A stretch of DNA of 64,000 nt, taken from IMG/VR virus record IMGVR_UViG_3300032240_001498, positions 32,001 through 96,000 of that record; one strand, 5' to 3'. This document shows, one piece after another, positions 56,703 through 64,000 of this stretch (positions within the stretch are counted from its first letter, which is position 1; each line of letters starts with the position of its first letter). The translations under genes were made by a program, and so were the position numbers. A model generated the notes under the pieces. The model worked only from the letters and a program-made list of their open reading frames with translations, searched no databases and was not told the origin of the DNA. Origin of the DNA: a virus. Its lineage: Duplodnaviria > Caudoviricetes.

Positions 56703-57884
56703 TTACTTGAAGCTTACGTTGTTAGATACGATCGAAACCTTACCTAAGTAGTCAGCGGCGTTACCCAATGATGAAGCAGTGTTTGTCAACTCAACATAGC
56801 CGTAGCGTGTTAAGAAACCAACTACTGGTTCAAATGTTGCTGGATCTAGAACAACACCAGAGCTCATCAACGGAATATAAGGGCAATAGAACGCGGCAGC
56901 ATCTGCCTCGCTAGGACCTTTATAACCAATTAGAACTTGGTTTGCATCTTGACCTGTATCGCTTAGATATGCGTCAACATAAATGCGCATTGCACCATTC
57001 AATGTACCAACAAACTTAGTGTTTGTAGGTGCTTCGAATGTACCTTCTGTGGTACGTGCAAAAGCAGATGTTGTTGCAGACTGAAGAATTGTAAGTGCTT
57101 GTGAACTTACAACAGCCCAGTTACCAGCGCCACGACGTGTGCGTTGAGCAATCTTGTTAGCAACACGGTTGATCTGAATTGCCAATGCGGCATGTTCGTC
57201 ACCAACGAATGTAGCTGTACCAGAAACTAATGACTGGTCATATGTTTCTTCAACAGATGCTAAACTACGTAGTGAAGCCAATACTTCTTGGTCGATTTCA
57301 GCAGTAATTTCTTGTGCTAAAGCGGCCATGATTTCTGCTTCGATATCAATACCTTGTTGAGCTTGTGCATCTTGAGCGGCTTCGAAAGTCCAACGAGCTG
57401 ATAGCTTGCGTGACTTGGCTTCGACTGGTGCCTTCAAGATTTGAATGCTCATGCGCTTACCTGGTGTACCTTCCATCGCCGCTGTTGTCTGCGCCTTTGG
57501 ATATGTAGCATCATTGTTGCCAGAATAGGCTTGAGCAATTTTGAATGGGCTCAATGCTTCTTCACCAGCTGTAACGTCAGAGCCATTGTCTGCGTAACGA
57601 ACACGTAGAGTATGGATTTGACCAACTGGGCCAGTCATTGGTTGTACGCCAACGATTTCGTTAGCAATGACTGTAGGCATAACACGACGAATCACTGGTA
57701 GGATTACGCGGTTAAGTGTTGCAACGTTACCTGCAGATGTAGCACCTGCTGTTGCACTTTCAATTAGGTGACGGCGTGTATTTTCCAAGCATGTTTGCAT
57801 GGAGGCACGACGGTTCCCTTGTAACCCTTCTAATAGGGCTTCTTTGGTTTCTGACCATCTTTCGTTCAGAAGTTGTGACATCAT
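56703..57884 (-). CDS. gp23: Major capsid protein
   Basis: IRRVMPTVIANEIVGVQPMTGPVGQIHTLR, SRKLSARWTFEAAQD, EIDQEVL, FYCPYIPL and FLTRYG. Probable maturation site LIE/SA. Confidence 0.97.
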   Translation of the reverse strand: MMSQLLNERWSETKEALLEGLQGNRRASMQTCLENTRRHLIESATAGATSAGNVATLNRVILPVIRRVMPTVIANEIVGVQPMTGPVGQIHTLRVRYADNGSDVTAGEEALSPFKIAQAYSGNNDATYPKAQTTAAMEGTPGKRMSIQILKAPVEAKSRKLSARWTFEAAQDAQAQQGIDIEAEIMAALAQEITAEIDQEVLASLRSLASVEETYDQSLVSGTATFVGDEHAALAIQINRVANKIAQRTRRGAGNWAVVSSQALTILQSATTSAFARTTEGTFEAPTNTKFVGTLNGAMRIYVDAYLSDTGQDANQVLIGYKGPSEADAAAFYCPYIPLMSSGVVLDPATFEPVVGFLTRYGYVELTNTASSLGNAADYLGKVSIVSNNVSFK

Positions 57885-57897
57885 TTTCTCCTTAAAT

Positions 57898-58995
57898 TTA
57901 CTTTGCTAGACCCGCTAACTTGCGGATGTCTACAATGTTGTCAAAGCCTACCTCAGGCTGATTTTTTACCTCACGATCGCCAGTAACAGATGCTTGTGTC
58001 TTGCTTTCGGCAATAACTTGCTTTTGTTTACGACTTTCGCCTTCCATTACTGCGGGTAGGTATTTGTCGAATGCATTAGCTAACTTTGTTGTCTGTACAG
58101 ACTCTAATAGTTCGCTCATGACACCCTTCTTCTCAGCACTTAAAGGTGCTAATAGTTCGCTCATTACTTTTGCACGTTCCATTAAATCTTTCGTAACGCG
58201 AAGATCGCGGTCTTTGGATTCGGCAATGGCTTGTACTTTAGCAACGGCTTCCTGTGCTTCGGCAATTTCTTGTTCTTTCTTATCTACGATCTTTAACAAG
58301 CGACTTGTCTCAGATTTTTCGTTAAGGTATGAATGTTGAAATTCCTGTGCAAATGCTTCAAAAATACGGCGACCAAAATTGCTTGTGCGAGCAGATTCGA
58401 TGTCTTCTTTCAACTGATGTAACTCTGTTGTTAGTTGACGGCTAACTGTTTCTTTAACAAGTTCGGCACTACGATTTATGAATTCTTTCTTGACTTCTGC
58501 AAATTTGCTCTTGGCTTCACGGACAAGTTTAACTTTCGCTTCAACTATGTCTTTCTTGTCTTGTGCAAATTCTGAAATCTCTTTGGCCAATGCGTTGATA
58601 ACGAATTGTTCCATCTTTTGGAAATTCTCGCTGACCTTTGTACGATCATTTTGAAATTCCACAAGTTCTTTGGCTAATTGAGTCATAACAAAAGATTCCA
58701 TTGTTTTAGAATCAGCTGTCATTCTACGCTTGTACTCAGCTTTGGTTTCTGCCAATGCCTTGCGATCTTGCGCAAACTCACCTAGCTCTGCGGCTAAGCG
58801 TTCGCTTACTAATTTGTCGATTGACTCTACTAACACACCTTTATCGTGTGTATAGCGTTGGGCAAACTCTTCTCTTAGTTGAGCGGTTACTTGGTCGCGA
58901 TTCTCTTGAATCTTAGTTGCATAAGCGGCTTCTAGATCAGTACGAATTTCTTCGCTGATCACACCACTTTCTACTAACTGTTTGAATGCGTCCAT
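57898..58995 (-). CDS. gp22: Prohead core scaffold protein
   Basis: Long charged coiled coil lying between the protease and capsid genes. Confidence 0.85.
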   Translation of the reverse strand: MDAFKQLVESGVISEEIRTDLEAAYATKIQENRDQVTAQLREEFAQRYTHDKGVLVESIDKLVSERLAAELGEFAQDRKALAETKAEYKRRMTADSKTMESFVMTQLAKELVEFQNDRTKVSENFQKMEQFVINALAKEISEFAQDKKDIVEAKVKLVREAKSKFAEVKKEFINRSAELVKETVSRQLTTELHQLKEDIESARTSNFGRRIFEAFAQEFQHSYLNEKSETSRLLKIVDKKEQEIAEAQEAVAKVQAIAESKDRDLRVTKDLMERAKVMSELLAPLSAEKKGVMSELLESVQTTKLANAFDKYLPAVMEGESRKQKQVIAESKTQASVTGDREVKNQPEVGFDNIVDIRKLAGLAK

Positions 58996-59005
58996 TTATT
59001 TCTCC

Positions 59006-59644
59006 TTAGGCTTTAAGGCCACTGATAATACTCAACACCACCTCACGGAGGTGCTTCTGTGCCCTAGGATCTTCTTTCACTTCTTTAGCTACCTGTAATG
59101 CACGATATCCGCCACGAGCGTTCATGATATGCTCATAAACGGGTGTTGGGTACGCACCAGGTGCGCTTGGTTGAGCAACTATATCAACTGTGATAATCTC
59201 AAACTCGGAAACATTGCCAGAGCGATCGTCAACGTTACCGCTGCCTCTCGAACTAACACCTAGTTTTACTCCGCTTTCAAGCATGACACGAATTAGTTGT
59301 CCCATTGGAGTAGGCAAAATTTTCATTTTGCCATATCCGTTCGGACCTTCCATCCACATTTGAGTGATCATATGGGACACACGGTCTAAATTTACTTTAA
59401 GGTCATCTGGATGATCAACTTCTCCAAGAACGCTATAACCATTCTGAATTTGGTCGTTGAGAGTCTTTACAGCGATTTCGATTTCCTTGACTGGATAAAC
59501 CCGCTGGTTTTGATTGCGAATACCGCCTTGGATGGCAATGCCTTTTAGATAAAGGCTCTTGCCGTCTTTGTCATCGCTCTCTACGACCGCATTAGCTTGG
59601 TCGAAGCTAAGGTGTTCTCGTAAAAATTGCATCTTGGTAGTCAC
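59006..59644 (-). CDS. gp21: Prohead protease
   Basis: NQNQRVYP, GEVDHP, RVSHMIT, ILPTPMG, GVSSRGSG and DIVAQPSAPGAY. Confidence 0.95.
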   Translation of the reverse strand: MTTKMQFLREHLSFDQANAVVESDDKDGKSLYLKGIAIQGGIRNQNQRVYPVKEIEIAVKTLNDQIQNGYSVLGEVDHPDDLKVNLDRVSHMITQMWMEGPNGYGKMKILPTPMGQLIRVMLESGVKLGVSSRGSGNVDDRSGNVSEFEIITVDIVAQPSAPGAYPTPVYEHIMNARGGYRALQVAKEVKEDPRAQKHLREVVLSIISGLKA

Positions 59645-59651
59645 CTAGATA

Positions 59652-60617
59652 TTAACCTTGTTTGTGATCAACAACTGACTTTGGGCTACCAACTGATGTT
59701 TGACCAGCTTTGTCGCCTGTTCCAGATCCTACTGGACCTGCTGTTTTGTTGTTGCCTGGGTAACCAGCACCTTGCTTAGTTACTGTTTTGATACCAGACT
59801 TAACACCGTCAACGTTGTGTGTATTTGGGCTTGTAAACTTGCCTTTGATACCACCGACTAAGCCTTCGCCGCCTTTGATATTTGAATCACTGGCTGTTTG
59901 ACCTTGTGCAATGTTGTGTGCGCTTACGCTACCACCGCTCGGACGGTTCTTTGGGTTAGCATTGATTGGACCAGCTTTTCCGTCGCCTTGTTCAGACTTG
60001 TTAGAAATGCCGTTGCCAGAACCGTATGCTTGGCCAACTTTCTCTGTATACTCGCGTACACGAGTGCGACTTTCAGCAAAAGGATTACCTTCGCTTTCTT
60101 CGCCTTCGTCATCAGATTCTTCGCCGTCTTCTTCGCCTGCGTCCATGTCGTCTAGTGCGCCGCCATGTACATCTGGATCTTCTTCTTCCTCATGCTTTTC
60201 GCCAGCGATCAATTTAGCAAATTCTGCTTTCAATTCATCTAAAGCGTCAGCTAGATCTTGTACATCATCAGCAGTTGCTGGTGTACCGTCGCCATCTACA
60301 TCGCCAGCTTCTTCGCCGTCTTCAGCGCCTGGGCCTTCTGTATCTGCTGTGTCAGCGGCAAAATCATCGGTAGCAGAGCCACCTATGTCATCGCCTTCGG
60401 CTTCTTCTTCTTCCATGCCAAAAGCTTCTTCTACGCTTTCGTCTTCTTGTTCTTCTTCTTCTTTCTTGTCTTCGTCTTCGTCTTCTTCAGCTTCTTCAGC
60501 GATCAAGTTTTCGTAGATATCACGTGACTTCTCTACAACGATCTCATGGAATAGCTCTTCAGCTTTTTCCTTTTCTTCGTTTACGATATAGTCTAATAGT
60601 TGTTCGAATTTATTCAT
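59652..60617 (-). CDS. Highly acidic prohead core protein (gp67/gp68-like position)
   Basis: The start MNKFEQLL at 60617 follows CAGGAG. The protein has an E/D-rich middle and a Gly/Lys-rich tail. Confidence 0.7.
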   Translation of the reverse strand: MNKFEQLLDYIVNEEKEKAEELFHEIVVEKSRDIYENLIAEEAEEDEDEDKKEEEEQEDESVEEAFGMEEEEAEGDDIGGSATDDFAADTADTEGPGAEDGEEAGDVDGDGTPATADDVQDLADALDELKAEFAKLIAGEKHEEEEDPDVHGGALDDMDAGEEDGEESDDEGEESEGNPFAESRTRVREYTEKVGQAYGSGNGISNKSEQGDGKAGPINANPKNRPSGGSVSAHNIAQGQTASDSNIKGGEGLVGGIKGKFTSPNTHNVDGVKSGIKTVTKQGAGYPGNNKTAGPVGSGTGDKAGQTSVGSPKSVVDHKQG

Positions 60618-60665
60618 TGCGGGTTTCTCCTGTTGGGTTGTCAAGGGGTGAATAATATATAAGCA

Positions 60666-60671
60666 TATTTA
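60666..60671 (-). promoter_or_regulatory. Late promoter core TAAATA upstream of the prohead core operon
   Basis: TGTAAATA on the minus strand, 48 nt upstream of ATG 60617. Confidence 0.55.
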
Positions 60672-60822
60672 CAGCTCACGTATATTAATTATGTGAAATA
60701 GGCCAAAAACGAGTCTTTTTGGCATTTAGGTGACGAAACTTAGTTATATTTTCCTAAGTTTGTATTGAATTTTGTTTAAAATATTTAAGTCTTATTTTTT
60801 TGAATTAAACTACGAGTTTATT

Positions 60823-61077
60823 TTATGCCGGAGCGGCACCTTCTTCTTCAGTTGGCATTGCGTACATCTGGCGTACTACTATCAAATTCTCTTTGGTTTC
60901 ACGCTCTCTAGCTTCACTTGCTCTGCGCAGATCGTTTATCATGCGTAGTGTCAAGCGGGTCTTACGTGTGTCTTTATCATGCAGGATTGATGTTTTATCA
61001 TCCAAAGGATCGTAACGACCTTTGTCGGACATTTCCTCTTGATCAGGACTAAAGTAAATGAATTCGTTTAATAGCAT
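60823..61077 (-). CDS. Small hypothetical protein after the portal
   Basis: The start MLLNEF at 61077 is preferred (GGTAAATA-N5-ATG). The ORF-track extension to 61185 overlaps the portal. Confidence 0.65.
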   Translation of the reverse strand: MLLNEFIYFSPDQEEMSDKGRYDPLDDKTSILHDKDTRKTRLTLRMINDLRRASEARERETKENLIVVRQMYAMPTEEEGAAPA

Positions 61078-61093
61078 GTCTATATTTACCAGA

Positions 61094-62833
61094 TTACATC
61101 GGACCTTGAGGTGCACCGCTACCGCCGCCACCTGCTGATCCTGCGCTAGGAGCCATCGCGGCATTGCCAGCGCCATCCATTTCATCTGCGCCCTGCATCT
61201 CCGGAGTACCTGGGTCTGATTGTCCTAGGCTATCCATATCTCCGCCCATGCCGCCTGCTGTAATGCCCGCTGAACGCAGTTCTGCAGAAGCACTAATAGG
61301 CTTAGTCTTGTCAAGATTTTCTTCTTCCCACATCTCTTGATTCTCTGCAATCTCTTCTTGTTTGAGTCCTAAGAAGCGTTTTAGCGCATAGCGTTTGCTG
61401 ATAAAGGGTAGCGCAACAATGCTACCAAATGTGTTGATACGGACTCCGTCCATCTCTGCTTGACGGTAACTTGCAAAGTTCTGTGGAGGATTAAATGTAA
61501 CATCAAACAGGTTAGGATCGATGTTAATGCCTTTTGAATACAAGTATGTTTTAAACTCTTGATCAAATGCTGAGTTCATTAGACTCTGTAGGCGTTCGCA
61601 ATATTTGTTAAAACGTAGCTCTTGAATATAGGCTGTTCCTACACGGCCGTCATTAAAGTTACTTCCGCCATCGTCTGATCCTGTAGGCAAATAACTGCTA
61701 GGAATACGTAGGGCACGGAATAATTTGTTAGTGAAATAACGCAAGTCGTCAATCTCACCTAGGTTAGTACCGCCTGGTAACACGTCAACTTTTGATCCAC
61801 GACCTTCTGCTGTCTGCGGAAAGAAGTAGTCTTCGTTGATTGATAATGGATTGTAACTGCTGTCAATTAGGTTAGTTCCGCCGCCTGTTAAGCTAGGAAT
61901 ACGTCTTTGGTTAATTTCATTCTTAACACGCTCAACAAAGCCCATAGCCAAATGGCTTGGCATGTTTCCTACGTCGATGTAGAATACACGACGTTCTGGA
62001 GCTCGCTGTATACGATAGATAATAATAGCATCTTCCAGCAGTTCTTTCTGCTTATAGACCTTGAAAATGCTCTCTAATAGGCTGTTTCCGAAGGGAAAGT
62101 TGTTGTCTAGACCTTCTGATAGACTAATGTGAATAACGTGTTTTGCATCAACAGGATGTTGATTTTGATTCATTTGGAAACGGTTACCAGCGTTTGGTGT
62201 AGCACCGCCTACCATACCGCGTGAGCCGCCTGCATTGGCTGTGCCAAACGATGAACCACCCCCCATACCACTGTTCTGATTGCTGGGGTTGATACTGGTT
62301 GCTGTTAGACTTTGTAAGTTGATGTTTAGGTCACGGATAACATACTGCTCAGGTTTCTTGCCTTCGCTTTCGTTAACAATGATACGGTCAACCTTGGCAG
62401 GATCTACATAAACCCATGCTTGTGTTTCTGGATCACGAATAAAGAAACTGTCACCGTACTTGAATACATTGCGTACCACTTTGAAGATACGCTTTTGGAA
62501 TAGGTTAAGTTTGGTCCACTGCTGTAGATACTTTTTAAGGATCTTGATTTCTGTAGGAGTAGCTTGATCTTTAAAATCAAGTTCAAACGGGGTGCCGTTT
62601 TCTTCGTTGATCTGTGAGCAGAATTCTGCTAGGATGTCTAGGGCCGCGTTAACTTCTGAGTCACCGTCCATTGTATCGTACTGACTATAACGCTCTAGTC
62701 TGTTGGGATGTCCTGTGTAAACATCAGGCAAGTAACTGCTGTAGTTTGCACGTTGCGGGCTTGCACCTGACTGGCCACTAATAGGGCCAAAGTTGCCTGT
62801 CGAAACTGGGGTAAAGTATTTTTTCCAACTCAT
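61094..62833 (-). CDS. gp20: Portal vertex protein
   Basis: EVNAALDI, YKQKELLEDAIIIYRIQRAPERRVFYIDVGNMP, EDYFFP...GRGSKVDVLPGG.NLGEIDD and LRIPSSYL. Confidence 0.97.
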   Translation of the reverse strand: MSWKKYFTPVSTGNFGPISGQSGASPQRANYSSYLPDVYTGHPNRLERYSQYDTMDGDSEVNAALDILAEFCSQINEENGTPFELDFKDQATPTEIKILKKYLQQWTKLNLFQKRIFKVVRNVFKYGDSFFIRDPETQAWVYVDPAKVDRIIVNESEGKKPEQYVIRDLNINLQSLTATSINPSNQNSGMGGGSSFGTANAGGSRGMVGGATPNAGNRFQMNQNQHPVDAKHVIHISLSEGLDNNFPFGNSLLESIFKVYKQKELLEDAIIIYRIQRAPERRVFYIDVGNMPSHLAMGFVERVKNEINQRRIPSLTGGGTNLIDSSYNPLSINEDYFFPQTAEGRGSKVDVLPGGTNLGEIDDLRYFTNKLFRALRIPSSYLPTGSDDGGSNFNDGRVGTAYIQELRFNKYCERLQSLMNSAFDQEFKTYLYSKGINIDPNLFDVTFNPPQNFASYRQAEMDGVRINTFGSIVALPFISKRYALKRFLGLKQEEIAENQEMWEEENLDKTKPISASAELRSAGITAGGMGGDMDSLGQSDPGTPEMQGADEMDGAGNAAMAPSAGSAGGGGSGAPQGPM

Positions 62834-62839
62834 ATATTA

Positions 62840-64000
62840 TTATGCCATTAGTCTATTTCCGGTTGCCCGGTTAATCATTGTACGCTGATTCTCGACCATA
62901 GTAGCGAGTATCTTATTCTGCATTGCTGTAGCTCTATTTAACGTAATTAGATGTTCTACGACTAAATCTGACTGTCCAATTTCTGCTTTTACTGTTGTGC
63001 CACCTGATGCTTGTTGAATGCCTTTTGCTAAATTTGTCAGCTGTTCTTCTGTTAGTACAGCTTCTTTGCCGTGAAGTTTTACCAGCTCTTCTCTACCAAA
63101 ATCTTGTAGCAGTTTACCAGAACCTGCTGTACCTGAAGCAAATTCTTTTACTTTATAGTCTTTGATACTTTGCATAGAAGCAAAGGCTCCGATACCTAAC
63201 TCAATTTGATTAGCTTCCGCATTTGCTTGTTTTTGCTTTTCTATTTGTTTTTTCTTTAGGTCGTCTATGCCTGCTAATACTTCTTTTTCCATGGCGCCGT
63301 TAGCTACTTGCGATTCTTTTATTATATCTGCATGAGTTTTTCCGTATTTTTTTGCCATAGCTTCTATTTGAGTATCATATATCTTACTCTCATCTACAAA
63401 TCCTTTAGCTTTATCACGAACTTCTTGTGCAAGAGCTAACCGTCCTTCCCTAATTGTCTTGTTTATATCTGCTAATTCTTCTTTTTCTTTGGGCGAGGCC
63501 GAGTCTCCCTTGCCTATTAATTCTTGCCTACGTACCGGATCAATACCTTGTAAAGATTCAATCCTTGACTGACGTCCTAAACTTTCGGCCGCGTCGCCAA
63601 ATAATTTTCTACCTAACCAGCTTGTACTAAATGTTTCTAGCATTTTTGCCAACATGCCTTTGAACCAACCACTTATTTTTTTCCAAGCGCCTTCAGGATC
63701 ATTAAATGCATATTCAATAAAATCTGCTACTTTCTTCAATGCGTCTTTTATATCAGGCAAATGATGTGTTACTAAATCTGAAAATCTCTTAATAAGTTGT
63801 AGTCCTATTTTATTTAGAGATTCTATTATAGGAAGCAATGCTGAAACTAATTGCTGACCTAACTGTTTCATAGCAAGATCAACTTTTGCTTGAGCTGCCG
63901 CGGCTTTAGCATCGTCTGATTGCTTTTGACGAGCATCAATAATAGCTTGCTTAATAGCGGCTTCTTCTTTCATTCCTTTACCAATATAATTGTTAGCGGC
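62840..64000 (-). CDS. C-terminal part of a tape-measure/baseplate-hub-like helical protein; start is outside the window
   Basis: The frame stays open to 64000. The protein is helical and Ala/Lys rich, and contains FASGT...FG...VKLHGKEAVLT, a motif common in tape-measure C-termini. Confidence 0.55.
   Translation of the reverse strand, partial: AANNYIGKGMKEEAAIKQAIIDARQKQSDDAKAAAAQAKVDLAMKQLGQQLVSALLPIIESLNKIGLQLIKRFSDLVTHHLPDIKDALKKVADFIEYAFNDPEGAWKKISGWFKGMLAKMLETFSTSWLGRKLFGDAAESLGRQSRIESLQGIDPVRRQELIGKGDSASPKEKEELADINKTIREGRLALAQEVRDKAKGFVDESKIYDTQIEAMAKKYGKTHADIIKESQVANGAMEKEVLAGIDDLKKKQIEKQKQANAEANQIELGIGAFASMQSIKDYKVKEFASGTAGSGKLLQDFGREELVKLHGKEAVLTEEQLTNLAKGIQQASGGTTVKAEIGQSDLVVEHLITLNRATAMQNKILATMVENQRTMINRATGNRLMA

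Noticed and set aside
59898-60527. 201-aa Ser-rich plus-strand ORF and neighbours
   Set aside because: They mirror the GAA/GAC-rich acidic prohead core gene on the opposite strand.
1-62833. Inteins or group I introns in the terminase, portal, capsid or sheath genes
   Set aside because: The reading frames are continuous, with expected motif spacing and no splicing motifs seen. The sheath's extra length does not look intein-like.
1-64000. tRNA genes, rRNA and CRISPR arrays
   Set aside because: Intergenic gaps are short and show no cloverleaf or T-loop consensus and no regularly spaced repeats.

Overview
This 64-kb window is the virion-morphogenesis region of a large T4-superfamily myovirus, most like uncultured aquatic T4-like phages. 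The host cannot be determined from the window. Almost all genes are on the minus strand. From the window end toward the start the order is: tape-measure-like gene (partial), portal, prohead core, protease, scaffold, major capsid, small virion proteins, three giant fibre/adhesin genes (2952, 2295 and 4537 aa), a LamG protein, and an 838-aa fibre with an S74 chaperone domain. Next comes a coupled four-gene accessory cassette ending in a U32-type Fe-S enzyme fused to a methyltransferase. After that are plus-strand gp14/gp15/Nudix, then gp13, dNMP kinase, a degenerate HNH, sheath, tube, gp4, and the small and large terminase; the large terminase runs off position 1 and is missing from the ORF track. 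The strongest lead is the 2952-aa virion protein. It carries 13 helical repeats of about 144-167 aa, each with a C-x-R-D motif in a context resembling the bilin-binding site of phycobiliproteins. Other leads are the U32/methyltransferase fibre cassette, a late-promoter motif (TAAATA) often exactly 5 nt before an ATG (probably leaderless mRNAs), and structured late-gene leaders sharing an AACCCRCA motif. All family assignments come from motif recognition by eye; no searches were run.
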